Source: Octopus vulgaris (Eukaryota). Taken from it: 64,000 bases of DNA. The stretch spans positions 22,258,001 through 22,322,000 of the forward strand of contig OX597822.1 in assembly GCA_951406725.2 (NCBI GenBank), in the 5' to 3' direction. The notes under the pieces were generated by a model. The model worked only from the letters and a program-made list of their open reading frames with translations. It ran no database searches and had not been told where the DNA came from. Made by a program: the position numbers and the translations under genes. Below are positions 51,351-63,689 of the stretch, piece after piece. Each line of letters starts with the position of its first letter. Within the stretch, counting starts at the first letter, position 1.

Positions 51351-51990
51351 ATTAGAAAAAAGAACACCTTTTATCAATTCAAAATGAACAATTAAATTAC
51401 ACCATCCAGAAAATTACATATAATAGAAACATTAAAATTAAAATAACAATAAAATGTCAATGATTAAGTAAATTACAATAGAATAATAAAAACATATATA
51501 ATTGGTAGAATAATGACACGTGTTTTGTGACTATAGTTAAGAAATGATTATAGTAGTAGTGAAATCACTTCGATATAAAAATAGTATAAATATACTTTAA
51601 AGTATATTTATTAATTAATCATTTTATTATTCTAGTTTATTTTTAACCTGATGAGTGACTATTTTTACATCGAAGTGATTTTACTACTACTATAATCATT
51701 TCTTAAATATAGCCACAAAACACGTCGTTATTCTACTAATTATATACGTTTTTATTATTTTATTGTAATTTACTTAATCATTGACATTTTATTGTTATTT
51801 TAATTTTAATGTTTCTATTATATGTAATTTTCTGGATGGTGTAATTTAATTGTTCATTTTGAATTGATAAAAGGTGGTTTTTTTCTAATCTTTTATATAT
51901 ATATTATATTGTGTGAAATTTGATTTAGTTTTTCTAAATTGAATTTTTTTCCTTGTAAGTTTGGATTTTATTCCCTCAAATAATAATTAT
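51351..51990. mobile_element. Fold-back pseudo-LTR-like insertion with ~235-bp arms, next to (TA)n
   Basis: 51351-51585 is the reverse complement of 51658-51889. Confidence 0.8.
51644..51730 (+). ncRNA. Type-I hammerhead motif with long stem-II loop; G12 is A in this copy
   Basis: taac-CTGATGA-gtgactat(...)atagccac-aAAA-cacg-TC-gtta. Confidence 0.65.
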
Positions 51991-52274
51991 ATATATACAT
52001 AGTAATAGGATAAAAGTCCTTCCCAAACCAGAGACTCATAAGGCCAATTTTCTGGATTCTATGGTGAATAAATTCCTATCTGGATGGGATGCCAGTCTCT
52101 CTCAGGATTACTCATTTTTGCCAGCTAAGCGGACTGGAGCAATGTGAAATAAATTGTTTTGCTAAAGATCACGACACGTTGCCCAGTCCAGGAATTGAAA
52201 TAACATTCTTATGATAATGATTGCAACACTCTAACCTCTAAGCTACATGCCTCTCTCTCTCCCTCTCTCTCTCC

Positions 52275-52324
<50 letters not shown>

Positions 52325-52859
52325 TCATCATCATCATCGTCATCAAAAACAACATCGTTTATCATCTGTTCCATGCTAATAAGGGTTGGGTGATTTGATT
52401 GGATCCAATATGTCCAAGGACTGCATCAGGCTCCAATGTCTGCTTTCATATAGTGTTTATGGTTGGAAGCTCTTTCTAACACTCACCAATGATATACTCG
52501 CTGTGTTGTTAGAGTATCAGATGAAATGTTTCCATGTATTTGTTTCAACTCTGCACTCTGAGTTCAAATTCAACAAGTCCAACTTTACATTTTACCCTTT
52601 TGAGATCAAGAAAAAAAAAAAATATTAATCCAAAGTGAGGAATTGACATAACTGTGAAAATGTCGAAACAGATACCTTGCAATATTTTTTCCATTGCTTT
52701 TTGTTCTCAGTCCAAATTCCTCCATAGCCTACATAGGTGATAAACTTAACCCATTGCCCAGTTTGACATACCTGACATCTTGAATGCCTTTGGCAGAGTT
52801 TGACACTGTTGCAAGCATTCCCGCCAGGCTTCCTTGAGAATGCTCTCCTCCTTTCCCTA

Positions 52860-53060
52860 ATCATCATCATTTAACGTCCACTTTCCATGCTGACATGGGT
52901 TAGATGGCTTGACTAGAACTGGTAAGCTGGAGAGCTGCACCAGGTTCTAGTCTCAATTTGGTTTGGTTTCTATAGCTGGATGCCCTTCCTAATGCCAACC
53001 ACTCTGAGTGTGTAGTGGGTGACTTTTACGTGTCACCAGCATGGGTGCTTTTATATGTCA
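52860..53060 (-). mobile_element. RTE LINE 3' tail
   Basis: atcatcatcatttaacgtccactttccatgctg...gctggatgcccttcctaatgcc. Confidence 0.8.
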
Positions 53061-53459
53061 CTGGCTCAAATAATAATAATGAAATTATTGTATACAGTGC
53101 TCAGGTGCACCACAACTTGTCAGAAAGTGCATATAAAGTATATGCAGTAATGTACAAATGTCTGGAAAGCAAACAATGTATGAGTCAGATACATGCTTGC
53201 GTGTGTATGGAGGAGAGAAAATCAGGTGTAGTGTTGGCGAATCTCAGAAAGCATGGAAGTTTTGAAGGATGCAGTGCTCCGACAACTAACAACTGATGCT
53301 TCAGCAACTCTCAGCGTGAAAAAATGTTTCCTAAAGTCATGGGAGCTGTGCTGTTTTCTGACTTTGTAAACATGTCCATGGGTATTAGACAGGTGGAGTT
53401 TGAAAAGGCGCTCAGAGTTATTGTTTGTGAGATGGTTACATTTTGTAAAATGTTACATG

Positions 53460-53650
53460 TCACTAGCACACCAGCCACAACTACAATTTTACTTGGCTTG
53501 ACAAGTCTTCTTAAGCACAGCAAATCACCAAAACGCATGATCGCGTGCCATCGCTTCTGTGACACCCCACATTCGAAGATTGTGCTACACCACCTCCTCC
53601 CATGTCTTCCTAGGTCTGCCTCTTCCACAGGATCCCTCCACACTTATGTC
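53460..53650 (-). mobile_element. RTE LINE ORF2 C-terminal fragment
   Basis: Reverse complement resembles 54720-54870 (GR.RKTWEEVV.HNLR). Confidence 0.7.
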
Positions 53651-53768
53651 AGAGGCCCTGATTAAATGAAAAATGACTTAACATTTTTATATAAAACCAT
53701 ATCATACAGATATATATATATATATATATACACACACATCATACAGATATATATTTATATATATATAT

Positions 53769-54868
53769 ATGAGTACAGTTGGCAACGAGTACAGTGAAGA
53801 ATTCCGGGTAGAGGTTGGGGTCCACCAAGGTTCAGTCCTCAGTCCCCTCCTATTTATCATAGTCCTCCAGGCAATAACGGAGGAATTCAAGACAGGATGC
53901 CCCTGGGAGCTCCTCTATGCTGATGACCTTGCTCTAATTGCTGAGTCACTATCAGAACTGGAGGAGAAGTTTCAGGTGTGGAAACAAGGATTAGAATCGA
54001 AGGGCCTTAGAATCAACCTAGCCAAACCAAAGTCCTAATAAGTAGGAAGGTGGACCAATCACAAACGACTTCAGGTAGATGGCCCTGCTCGATCTGTAAA
54101 AAAGGTGTAGGTAGAAACTCTATAAGGTGCACCAAGTGTAAGCTATGGACACATAAGAGGTGCAGCAATGTCAAAGGAAGGCTAACTAAGAAAATAGTTT
54201 TAGTCTGTGGCAGATGCTCAGGAGCAATAAACACTGGAAATGTGCAGAGACCAACTTCTACCACGTTCCAGGGAGACAAACTAGAAGTAGTTGATAGCTT
54301 CCGCTACCTAGGAGACCAAGTCAGTAGCGGGGGTGGGTGTGCTGAAAGTGTAACTGCTAGAGTAAGAATAGCCTGGGCAAAGTTTAGAGAGCTCTTACCC
54401 CTGCTGGTGACAAAAGGCCTCTCGCTAAGAGTAAAAGGCAGACTATATGATGCGTGTGTACGTACAGCCATGCTACATGGTAGTGAAACATGGGCCGTGA
54501 CAGCTGAGGATATGCGTAAGCTTGCAAGAAATGAAGCCAGTATGCTCCGATGGATGTGTAATGTCAGTGTTCATAATCGTCAGAGTGTAAGTACTTTGAG
54601 AGAAAAGTTGAACCTAAGAAGTGTCAGTTGTGGTGTGCAAGAGAGACGGCTGCGCTGGTATGGTCATGTGACGAGAATGGCTGAAGATAGTTGTGTGCAA
54701 AAGTGCTACACCCTAGCAGTTGAGGGAACCTGTGGAAGAGGTAGACCCAGGAAAACCTGGGACGAGGTGGTGAAGCACGACCTTCGAACTTTAGGTCTCA
54801 CCAAGGAAATGACTGAAGACCGAGTCCTATGGAAGTGTGCTGTGCATGAGAGGACCCGGCAGGACTAG
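53769..54868 (+). pseudogene. RTE ORF2 RT C-terminal half containing a PHD finger; one frameshift near 54025
   Basis: ORFs 53769-54038 and 54050-54868 join if one A is restored (INLAKTKVL); C4HC3 motif at 54086-54217. Confidence 0.88.
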
Positions 54869-56700
54869 TCAGGCCATATCCCATGGCCCCTACCTGGGAC
54901 GTAGTCGATCCACCTGTGCATACCTTCCTTCTTGTGACACTTGTGAAGACCTGCTGAGGCAAGTGAAAATCAATCAAAATAGATGAACATCAATGGAATT
55001 TGTATCTTTGTGGTACCAGTGCCTGTGGCACACAAGAAAACCATCTGAACGTGGCCGTAGCCAGTACCGCATCGACTCGCTTCCGTGCTGTGGGAACATG
55101 GTGGCACATAAAAACACCATCCGAAGACCCGGCAAGACTAGTCAGGTCATAACCCGTGGGCCCTACCTGGGACGTAGTCAGTCCACCTGTACATACCTTC
55201 CTTCTTGTGACACTTGTGAAGACCTGTTGAGGCAAGTGAAAATCAAAACAAATCAAAATAGATGAACATCAATGGAATTTGTATCTTTGTGGTACCAGTG
55301 CCGGTGGCACACAAGAATCCATCCGAACGTGGCCGTAGTCAGTACCGCTTGTGGTACCAGTGCCGGTGGCACACAAGAATCCATCCGAACGTGGCCGTAG
55401 CCAGTACCGCATCACTGGCCATCGTGCTGTGGGCACATAACAAACACCATCCGGTCGTGGCCGTTCGCCAGCCTCATCTAGCACCTGTGTCGGTGGCACA
55501 TAAAAACACCATCCGAAGACCCGGCAAGACTAGTCAGGCCATAACCCATGGCCCCTACCTGGGACGTAGTCAGTCCACCTGTGCATACCTTCCTTCTTGT
55601 GACACTTGTGAAGACCTGTTGAGGCAAGTGAAAATCAAAATCAAAATCAAAACAAATCAAAATAGATGAACATCAATGGAATCTGTATCTTTGTGGTACC
55701 AGTGCCGGTGGCACACACTTTGTGGTACCAGTGCCGGTGGCACACAAGAGAACCGTCCGAACGTGGCCGTAGCCAGTTCCGCATCGACCGGCCTCCGTGC
55801 TGTGGGCACGTAACAAACACCATCCGATCATGGCCGTTCGCCAGCCTCATCTGGCACCTGTGTCGGTGGCACATAAAAACACCTTCCGAAGACCTGGCAA
55901 GACTAGTCAGTCCACCTGTGCATACCTTCCTTCTTGTGACACTTGTGAAGACCTGTTGAGGCAAGTGAAAATCAAATCAAATCAAAATAGATGAACATCA
56001 ATGGAATTTGTATCTTTGTGGTACCAGTGCCTGTGGCACACAAGAAATCCATCCGAACGTGGCCGTAGTCAGTACCGCATCGACTGGCCATCGTGCTGTG
56101 GGCACATAACAAACACCATCCGATCGTGGCCGTTCGCCAGCCTCATCTAGCACCTGTGTCGGTGGCACATAAAAACACCATCCGAAGACCCGGCAAGACT
56201 AGTCAGGCCATATCCCATGGCCCCTACCTGGGACGTAGTCAGTCCACCTGTGCATACCTTCCTCCTTGTGATACTTGTGAAGGCCTGTTGAGGCAAGTGA
56301 AAATCAAAATGAAATCAAAACAAATCAAATCAAATCAAATCAAAACAAATCAAAATAGATGAACATTAATGGAATTGTATCTTTGTGGTACCAGTGCCGG
56401 TGGCACACAAGAAAACCATCCGAACGTGGCCGTAGCCAGTACCGCACCAACTGGCCTCCATGCTGTGGGCACATAACAAACACCATCCGATCGTGGCCGT
56501 TCGCCAGCCTCATCTGGCACCTGTGTCGGTGGCACATAAAAACACCATCCGAAGACCCGGCAAGACTAGTCAGGCCATAACCTGTGGCCCCTACCTGGGA
56601 CGTAGTCAGTCCACCTGTGCATACCTTCCTTCTTGTGACACTTGTGAAGACCTGTTGAGGCAAGTGAAAATCAAAACAAATCAAAATAGATGAACATCAA
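54860..56700 (+). repeat. Tandem array of ~280-400-bp units derived from the LINE stop-codon region and 3' UTR
   Basis: Marker aaaatagatgaacat at ~54976, 55256, 55659, 55984, 56352 and 56683. Confidence 0.92.
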
Positions 56701-58324
56701 TGGAATTTGTATCTTTGTGGTACCAGTGCCGGTGGCACGTGGCACACAAGAAAACCATCCGAACATGGCCGTAGCCAGTACCGCATCGACTGGCCTCCGT
56801 GCTGTGGGCACGTAACAAACACCATCCGATCGTGGCCGTCTGCCAGCCTCGTCTGGCACCTGTGTCGGTGGCACATAAAAAACACCATCCGAGCGTGGCC
56901 GTTTGCCAGCCTCGTCTGGCACCTGTGTCGGTGGCACATAAAATCACCCACTACACTCTCGGAGTGGTTGGCGTTAGGAAGGGCATCCAGCTGTAGAAAC
57001 ACTGCCAGATCTGACTGGACTGGTGCAGCTTTCGGGCTCCCCAGACCCCAGTTGAACCGTCCAACCCATGCTAGCATGGAAAGCGGACGTTAAATGATGA
57101 TGATGATGATGATGATGATACATACAATGATGATTTTACATGATGTAGTATGTACATATATGTATATAGTATCCTCCTCATTTGTTTACTTTTATAAACA
57201 CAGTATGTATTTTTACACATATATACACACATAAACACACACACATACACACACACACACACAACCTGTATCACCATTTATTTCACTATATAAATGTCAA
57301 TTTGCAAAAACTGGAGACAAATTGCAGCTTTCAAGTTTACAACTTTGACTTTAAAACTTAAGTCAATATTGTTATATAGCAGTGGAATCACCATCATCAT
57401 TGGTAACAGTGGAACCATAAATAGCAGTAGTAGTAGTGGTAATAGTTTTATACATATATATATGTATATATATATATTTATATATATCACTTGTATTGAC
57501 TAAAAGCATATATGATTAATTGGTGGCATGAATTTTATTAGAAAAATAAGTTACAGGAAAAGGTAAAGAAACTGGTTGATCTTTTACATGCTTTGGATCT
57601 TTGTGAGGAATATTGATTTCTCTTGTTTTTATTATGGTTGCTTTAACCACCAGTGCTGGCAGTGATGGCGGTGGTGGTGGCAGCGATGCCGACCATCATT
57701 ACATTTTTTTTAGTGGCGCTAGTGATTTTTATTTAGTTAGAAGTGGGAGTGTGCTGTTTTTGTAACTAGCTTCTTTTAATGCATTTTTTAATATTAATCT
57801 TATTTTACATTTGTCAATAGTGCTGTGATTTTGTCTAAATGATTGGTTTCTTCTCTCTGTACAGTTTTTTTATATATCTTGGTTTAATCAAAATAACATA
57901 TACATATGACCAATAAAATTTTATATATATATATGTAATACCAATAGAAATTATATATAAATATAATACTAATATGATAATGTATGGTACTAATAAAAAT
58001 GACATATATAAAGCTAATATATATATGTGTGTGTATAAATAAATACACACACACAACATACATATACATGCATACATATACGTAAACATATATATATATA
58101 CATATATCGATAGGTGAATGAATTATCCTATGTTTACCGTCACAAGAGTAAAGGAATTTTGTTAACATCTTCGTTCAACTCCATTTATTTATTTATATAT
58201 ATATATATATTTATTCATATATATACATATATATACATATATATATATATCTATACGTTCATATATACACATATATACATATACATATATATATATATGT
58301 ATGTATACCAGCGCAGTTGTCTCT

Positions 58325-59093
58325 GAGGTGTGCAAGAGAGATGGCTGCATTGCTATGGTCATGTGTTGCATATGGATGAGGACAGCTGTGTGAAAAATGT
58401 CACACCCTAGCAGAAGAGGGAACTTTTGAAAGAGGGAGACCCAGGAAGACCTGGGATGAGGTGGTGAAGTATGACTTTTGAATGTTGGTCCTCACCAAGA
58501 CAATGACAAGTGACTGAGACCTTTGGAGATATGCTGTGCTTGAGAAGACCCAGAAAAACCAAGTGAGACCGTAACTGGGTCCTATGCCAGAGCAGCATAA
58601 CCAGCTCATTTAAGAGTACCCTTCAATTATTGGGCATTAAACTGTGCTTGCGAAGACCTGTTGAGGCAAGTCATTTTCGTGGCCGATGATAGTACCACCT
58701 GATTGGCACCCATGATGGTGGCACATAAATAGCACCATTCAAGCATGGTCGATGCCATTGCCACCTGACTGGTCCTGTGCCAGTGGCTTGTAAAAAGCAC
58801 CATTCAAGCATGATCATTGCCAGTGCTGCCTGTCTGGCTTCCGTGCTTGTGGCATGTAAAATGCACCATTCGAGCATGGTCGATGCCAGTACTGCCTGAC
58901 TGGCCCTCATGCCGGTGGCATGTAAAAAGTACCTGCTACATTCTCGGAGTGGTTTACATTAGGAAGGGCATCCTGCTGTGGAAACTTTGCCTGATCGGAT
59001 TGAAGTCTGGTGCAACCTTCTGGCTTGCCAGCCCTCACTCAAACCGTCCAAACCATGCCACCATGGAAAGTGGATGTTAAATGACAATGATGA
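58325..59093 (+). mobile_element. Older RTE LINE 3' fragment
   Basis: ggtgtgcaagagagatggctgcattgctatggtcatgtg, hairpin subrepeats and gatgat tail. Confidence 0.85.
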
Positions 59094-59126
59094 TATACAT
59101 ATATATATACAACTATATATATATAC

Positions 59127-59194
<68 letters not shown>

Positions 59195-59200
59195 ATACAT

Positions 59201-59243
<43 letters not shown>

Positions 59244-59302
59244 CATATACATAAATACATAATACATATATATATAAATATATATATATATATGTATATA
59301 TG

Positions 59303-59364
<62 letters not shown>

Positions 59365-59744
59365 GGTGAAAGTAATTAAAATTGAAACTATTATATCACA
59401 TTACAATAGAGGTGTTATTTTTTCACTTTTGACACATAATACCAAAACAGTGTAAGAGATAAGAGATTGCTCTGGGCTCGCATTAGGCAAGAAGTTGAAT
59501 TTGAATGAAATCTGTTGGGCAGTTCTCGAGTTTTAGTGATGCACACATACTGAGACACAGTATATACATATATATATAAATGTAGTGAAATAAATGGCGA
59601 TACAGGTTATGTGTGTGTGTGTGTATTTATGTGTGTATATATGTGTGTGTGAAGATATATATATGTGTTTATAGAAAGCAAACAAATGAAGAGGATGCTA
59701 TATACATATATGTAATTACACACTACATAATGTAGTCGCCATGA

Positions 59745-59925
59745 TTGATAGCTAAATCCACAAATGTTTTTATTTTCTCTGTTTATTTCCTCATATTCCT
59801 TTCTGTTGAAGAGCGTAGGCTCAAAATGTAAAAGATTTTTTCACTTTCCTGAGCATCAAACTAATACACCTGCTTGTTGTTCATACATCTGTCTTCGTCT
59901 TTTGTTTTCCTGTAAATTTCAACTA
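59745..59925 (+). mobile_element. Short pseudo-LTR-like element with a decayed hammerhead variant at 59799-59834
   Basis: cttt-CTGTTGA-a-gagc(gtag)gctc-aAAA-tg-TA-aaag; ends at (TA)n. Confidence 0.55.
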
Positions 59926-59944
59926 CATATATATATATATATAC

Positions 59945-60120
59945 ACTACATATGTGGGAAATTCTGTTTGTGGGTGTGTTTGTGGAGTTGTTAGCTAACT
60001 CCCCCTACATCGTTTTATCGATTTTTATGAAACTTGACACGTGGATAGAACTCATGTCTGGAAACCTCACAGCATACTCAAATTGTTGAAAAAATCGATA
60101 ATAGGTCCCCTGGAAGGAAT
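59945..60120 (+). mobile_element. Helitron/HINE-like 5' fragment
   Basis: TG-rich start followed by tcgatttttatgaaacttg core similar to 7450-7470. Confidence 0.4.
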
Positions 60121-60519
60121 CCTTATATATATAACCAAGGGAAATAACCCATTCATTTTCCTAAATTATTTGGTAAAAATGAAATTGAATATGTTTATTT
60201 CTTAGTATGCTTATTTCACAATTTATCCAGTGCAATCCTTAAACAAGTAAATAGCACTTTCCTAAATGGTAGATCCACTTATTTCGGTCAGTGACTTAAT
60301 CAGGAATATACCAACACTAGCGCCCCTGAGGGTAATATTCTCTGGGAACACACAAAAGCCCTTTTCAGAGTTATTTACTTTGAATTGTTATTATCTCATA
60401 TCTGATTAGCCTGTTATTACATAACGTGCTTCACGATTTTAGTATACATACCTTATTAGTATTTCCTCCTATATTCTCTGGGAATGCATTAAAGCACAAC
60501 CATTTCTTTCTTGGTATCA

Positions 60520-60885
60520 GAATTCTGTCTAGCTAAAATTTTAGTCTTTATTAAATTACTTTGATGCCTTTGAAATCTAGCTTTCTTTCCATATGTAGAA
60601 GTTCTTTTCTAAATATTCCACAATTTCTGCTATAGCCAGTTTTGTCTTTCACTGTTATAACCTGGAGTGCTGTCGTAAACAGTAGGGAGCTTAAAACTGA
60701 GCACCCACAGAACTGCACTCTAAATTCCCTCACTGAGCTCCTTGCAAATTCTTTGCTGACTGCCTTTCTATATATGACCTATGTTGTTCTCTTCAGGCAT
60801 TCATCAACTCTTACTTTTCTTAGTGACCTCCAGACTGCAGGACATGGTACTCTATCAAAGGCCTTATCTAGATCAATAAACCTTT
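60520..60885 (-). pseudogene. Old RTE RT fragment
   Basis: IDLDKAFDRVP (~60845-60877) and EFRVQFCGCSVLSSLLFTTALQVIT, similar to 53797-53880. Confidence 0.75.
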
Positions 60886-61005
60886 ATCCAGTGCAACCCT
60901 TACACTCTTTCCATACTTGTGTACAGAGGAGTGTGTATCTACTGAAGAACATACACACACACATATGCACACATACACACATTCTTTTATTTCTTATGTG
61001 TTTTC

Positions 61006-61047
<42 letters not shown>

Positions 61048-61084
61048 TTATATAAAGCACATTAGTATTTTAAATAAATCATAA

Positions 61085-61660
61085 GTATGGCTTTGTGCTT
61101 AAGAAATTTACTATGTTACCATGGGATTTCAAGTTCAGTTCCACTACACAGCACCTTGGGTAAGTGTCTTCTCTTATAACCTCACAAAAGGCATTGAGCT
61201 GGTAGAACCACTGGCATGCTGGACAAAATGCTTAGCCCCATTTCATCCATCTTTATGTTTTTGGTTCAAATCCTGCCAAATCTGACTTGGCCTGTTATCC
61301 TTTCAGAGTTGATAGAATAAGTACCAGTCAAGTACTGGGGTTGATGTAATCAACTTCCTCCCTCCCCTCAAAAACTGCTGGCTTTGTACCAAAATTTGAA
61401 ACCATTATCATCCTGACCAATGCTTTGTGAGTAAAATTTGGTAGATAAAAACTGGGTGGAACCCCATTTTATATATGTATATTGGTGTGTGATCGTTTTG
61501 TTTGTTCTCAACCACATGATAACCATTTGTTTACATTCTCATAATTTAGTGGTTCAGTAAAGAGAGATCAGTAGAATAATCTAGAATAAACCTTTCAAGG
61601 AGGTGTTTCAGCATGGCTGCAGTTCAATGAATGGAACAAGAATGCAGGAATAAAGAATAA
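61085..61660 (+). mobile_element. SINE family 1 interrupted by SINE family 3 (~61190-61405)
   Basis: Family-1 head (agttcagttcc..ttgggtaagtgtcttc) resumes at ctgaccaatgctttgtgagt after a family-3 copy. Confidence 0.65.
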
Positions 61661-63689
61661 ACTATTTTCCAATACCTTGTATAATAAGAAAGTATATTTC
61701 AGATATTCCATACAGCTGTGAATATTTGCAAACTTAACACCACAATCAAGATGTTGAAGTTGTTTTACTTCAAAGTCTTTATTCCACCCAACCCTCCAAT
61801 TATTCTATTTAGATCATAAGTAATAGGCTTTTTCTTTCTTCATATTATAAACAAATAAAAAATCTAAATTGATTTGTAACATTGACACGAGGTTACAATT
61901 TTGGGAGTGAAAAAGGGTGGAGATAATTAAATTAATCCCAAAATGGTACTTTATTTTATTGATCAGAGAGGATGAAAATTTGATCAACTCATTATGAATA
62001 GCAATCAGGAGACACTGTAAGATGTTTTATCTAATACCCTATTGATTCTGCCAACTTTACATCATGCTTAATCTTAACAACAACATCAGTATGATCATAT
62101 ATAGGCTTTAACTACTTTACTATATCAATGTTATTTATATTATGAGCATAAGAAAAATAAAGGACAAAATCACAGTGGTGTTTGAACCCAGAATGAAAAG
62201 AAGTGCACAATAAATACCAAAGTGTATTTTGTTTGATGCTCTAAAGATTCTACCAAACCACCTCCCTTTAAATAATTTGTATTAAAAGTACATCCAACTG
62301 ACACTCATGATCAAGTACAGCGTGTTAACATGTACTGTTCTTTTACTAGTTGTTACAGGTGTCTACATGGTCAGGAGCTAATATAATCACCCTCAAAGCT
62401 CCATCAACCTCGATCCAGTAGCACATCCAGGATGGATGAAGCGAAGGCTGCACTAACATTTAGCTGCTGCTCGTTACAGCTGAGTAGGCCGAAGCAACAT
62501 AGAATAAGCTGCCTTGCTCAAGGACATAACACAAAGCCTGTTCCAGGCACTGGACTTATGGTCTTATGAACATAAAGTAAACACCCTAACCATTAGGCTA
62601 TGCACCTTATATAACAAAAATAAAAAGTGATTAATTATTTCAAGATTTATTTTGTTATTCTTGTTTGTCACCTGAGGGAACACTTTAGATAATGTGAAAA
62701 GTTACAGCAAAACTTTTTTTCCATCATACGATTTTGAACTACCTTGCTGGTGACTTAATTTTATATCAGCAGCCAAAAATCTGTTGATGCAAAAAGATTT
62801 CTTGCAACTAAGTCATACAGCTACTAGAATTATAATTTCGACTATAGATCTTTGGTAAATTCTCCAGATAGAACTTGTCCACATGTCTGCACATAAATAA
62901 AAATTCAAATCTCCTTCTATTTTAGATTTGTTTATGAATGCATGAAAATGTTTTATTTTCCAACCAGGAAAGTTTATATTTTATGTATTCAACTGTTAAT
63001 AATAAACAGAATATTGCATTGTTAGCTGTCAACCAGTTGACTAAATATCTGTTGTTGTTATTGCCTAGCACATGTGATCCTTCACTGAGCAGATCTCTGG
63101 TGAAAAGCATTCTAGTAGTGGTCATTTAGTATGAGAGAACACATAAAGGCATCCTCTTTTGGCTTGTTGACTGTTAAGTTATTGGTTCAAGTATCTTTGG
63201 TCCCACCAAATATATTTTGATGGTTCTATATAATGAACTTCTTTGCATCATTTTGTTTCGAATTGAACAAACTTAGTAAATTCTAAATAATGACACAGTA
63301 GCATTTCCCAGGGTTGCCTTCTGCATGATGAAATATACTAAAGTAGGGAAGCTAATGTGTTTAATGTTGTGCTAACCCCAAAATTACTCTCATAATTAAA
63401 ACAAAAATCATTATAATTATTGATAATTCTTGTCAAGAAAGTCACAGGAGCCAAATCTAAAATTCAGTGGGCTCAGTGCTTTTTATGTGGCACTAGCACA
63501 GGTGAGGTCAGTTTTGGCCTGATTTTTACAGCTGAATGCCCTTCCAAATGCCAACCACTTTACAGTGTGGACTTGATGCTTTTTACATGGCACCAGTACT
63601 GACAGGGTTACCAAGTAACTTACAAGACAAGGAATTTTGAGAGGGGTAGGCGTATTGGAGGAGGGGATCTTGTCAGATGATGAAAGATT

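Larger units (their letters stand above)
53769..57119 (+). mobile_element. Young 5'-truncated RTE-clade LINE with tandemly amplified 3' UTR
   Basis: RT motifs GVHQGSVLSPLLF and LLYADDL, C-terminal RLRWYGHV..GRPRKTW, 3' UTR array at 54860-56700, (GAT)n tail. Confidence 0.92.

Noticed and set aside
54945-54975. ctg(c/t)tgaggcaagtgaaaatc in each RTE array unit as a hammerhead core
   Set aside because: No stem I partner and no viable stem II; the segment instead forms a cacttg/caagtg hairpin and resembles a duplicate of the ORF2 end.
56836-56890. HDV-like ribozyme suggested by gccagcctcgtctggc
   Set aside because: P1, P1.1 and P2 of the nested double pseudoknot could not be assembled by eye.
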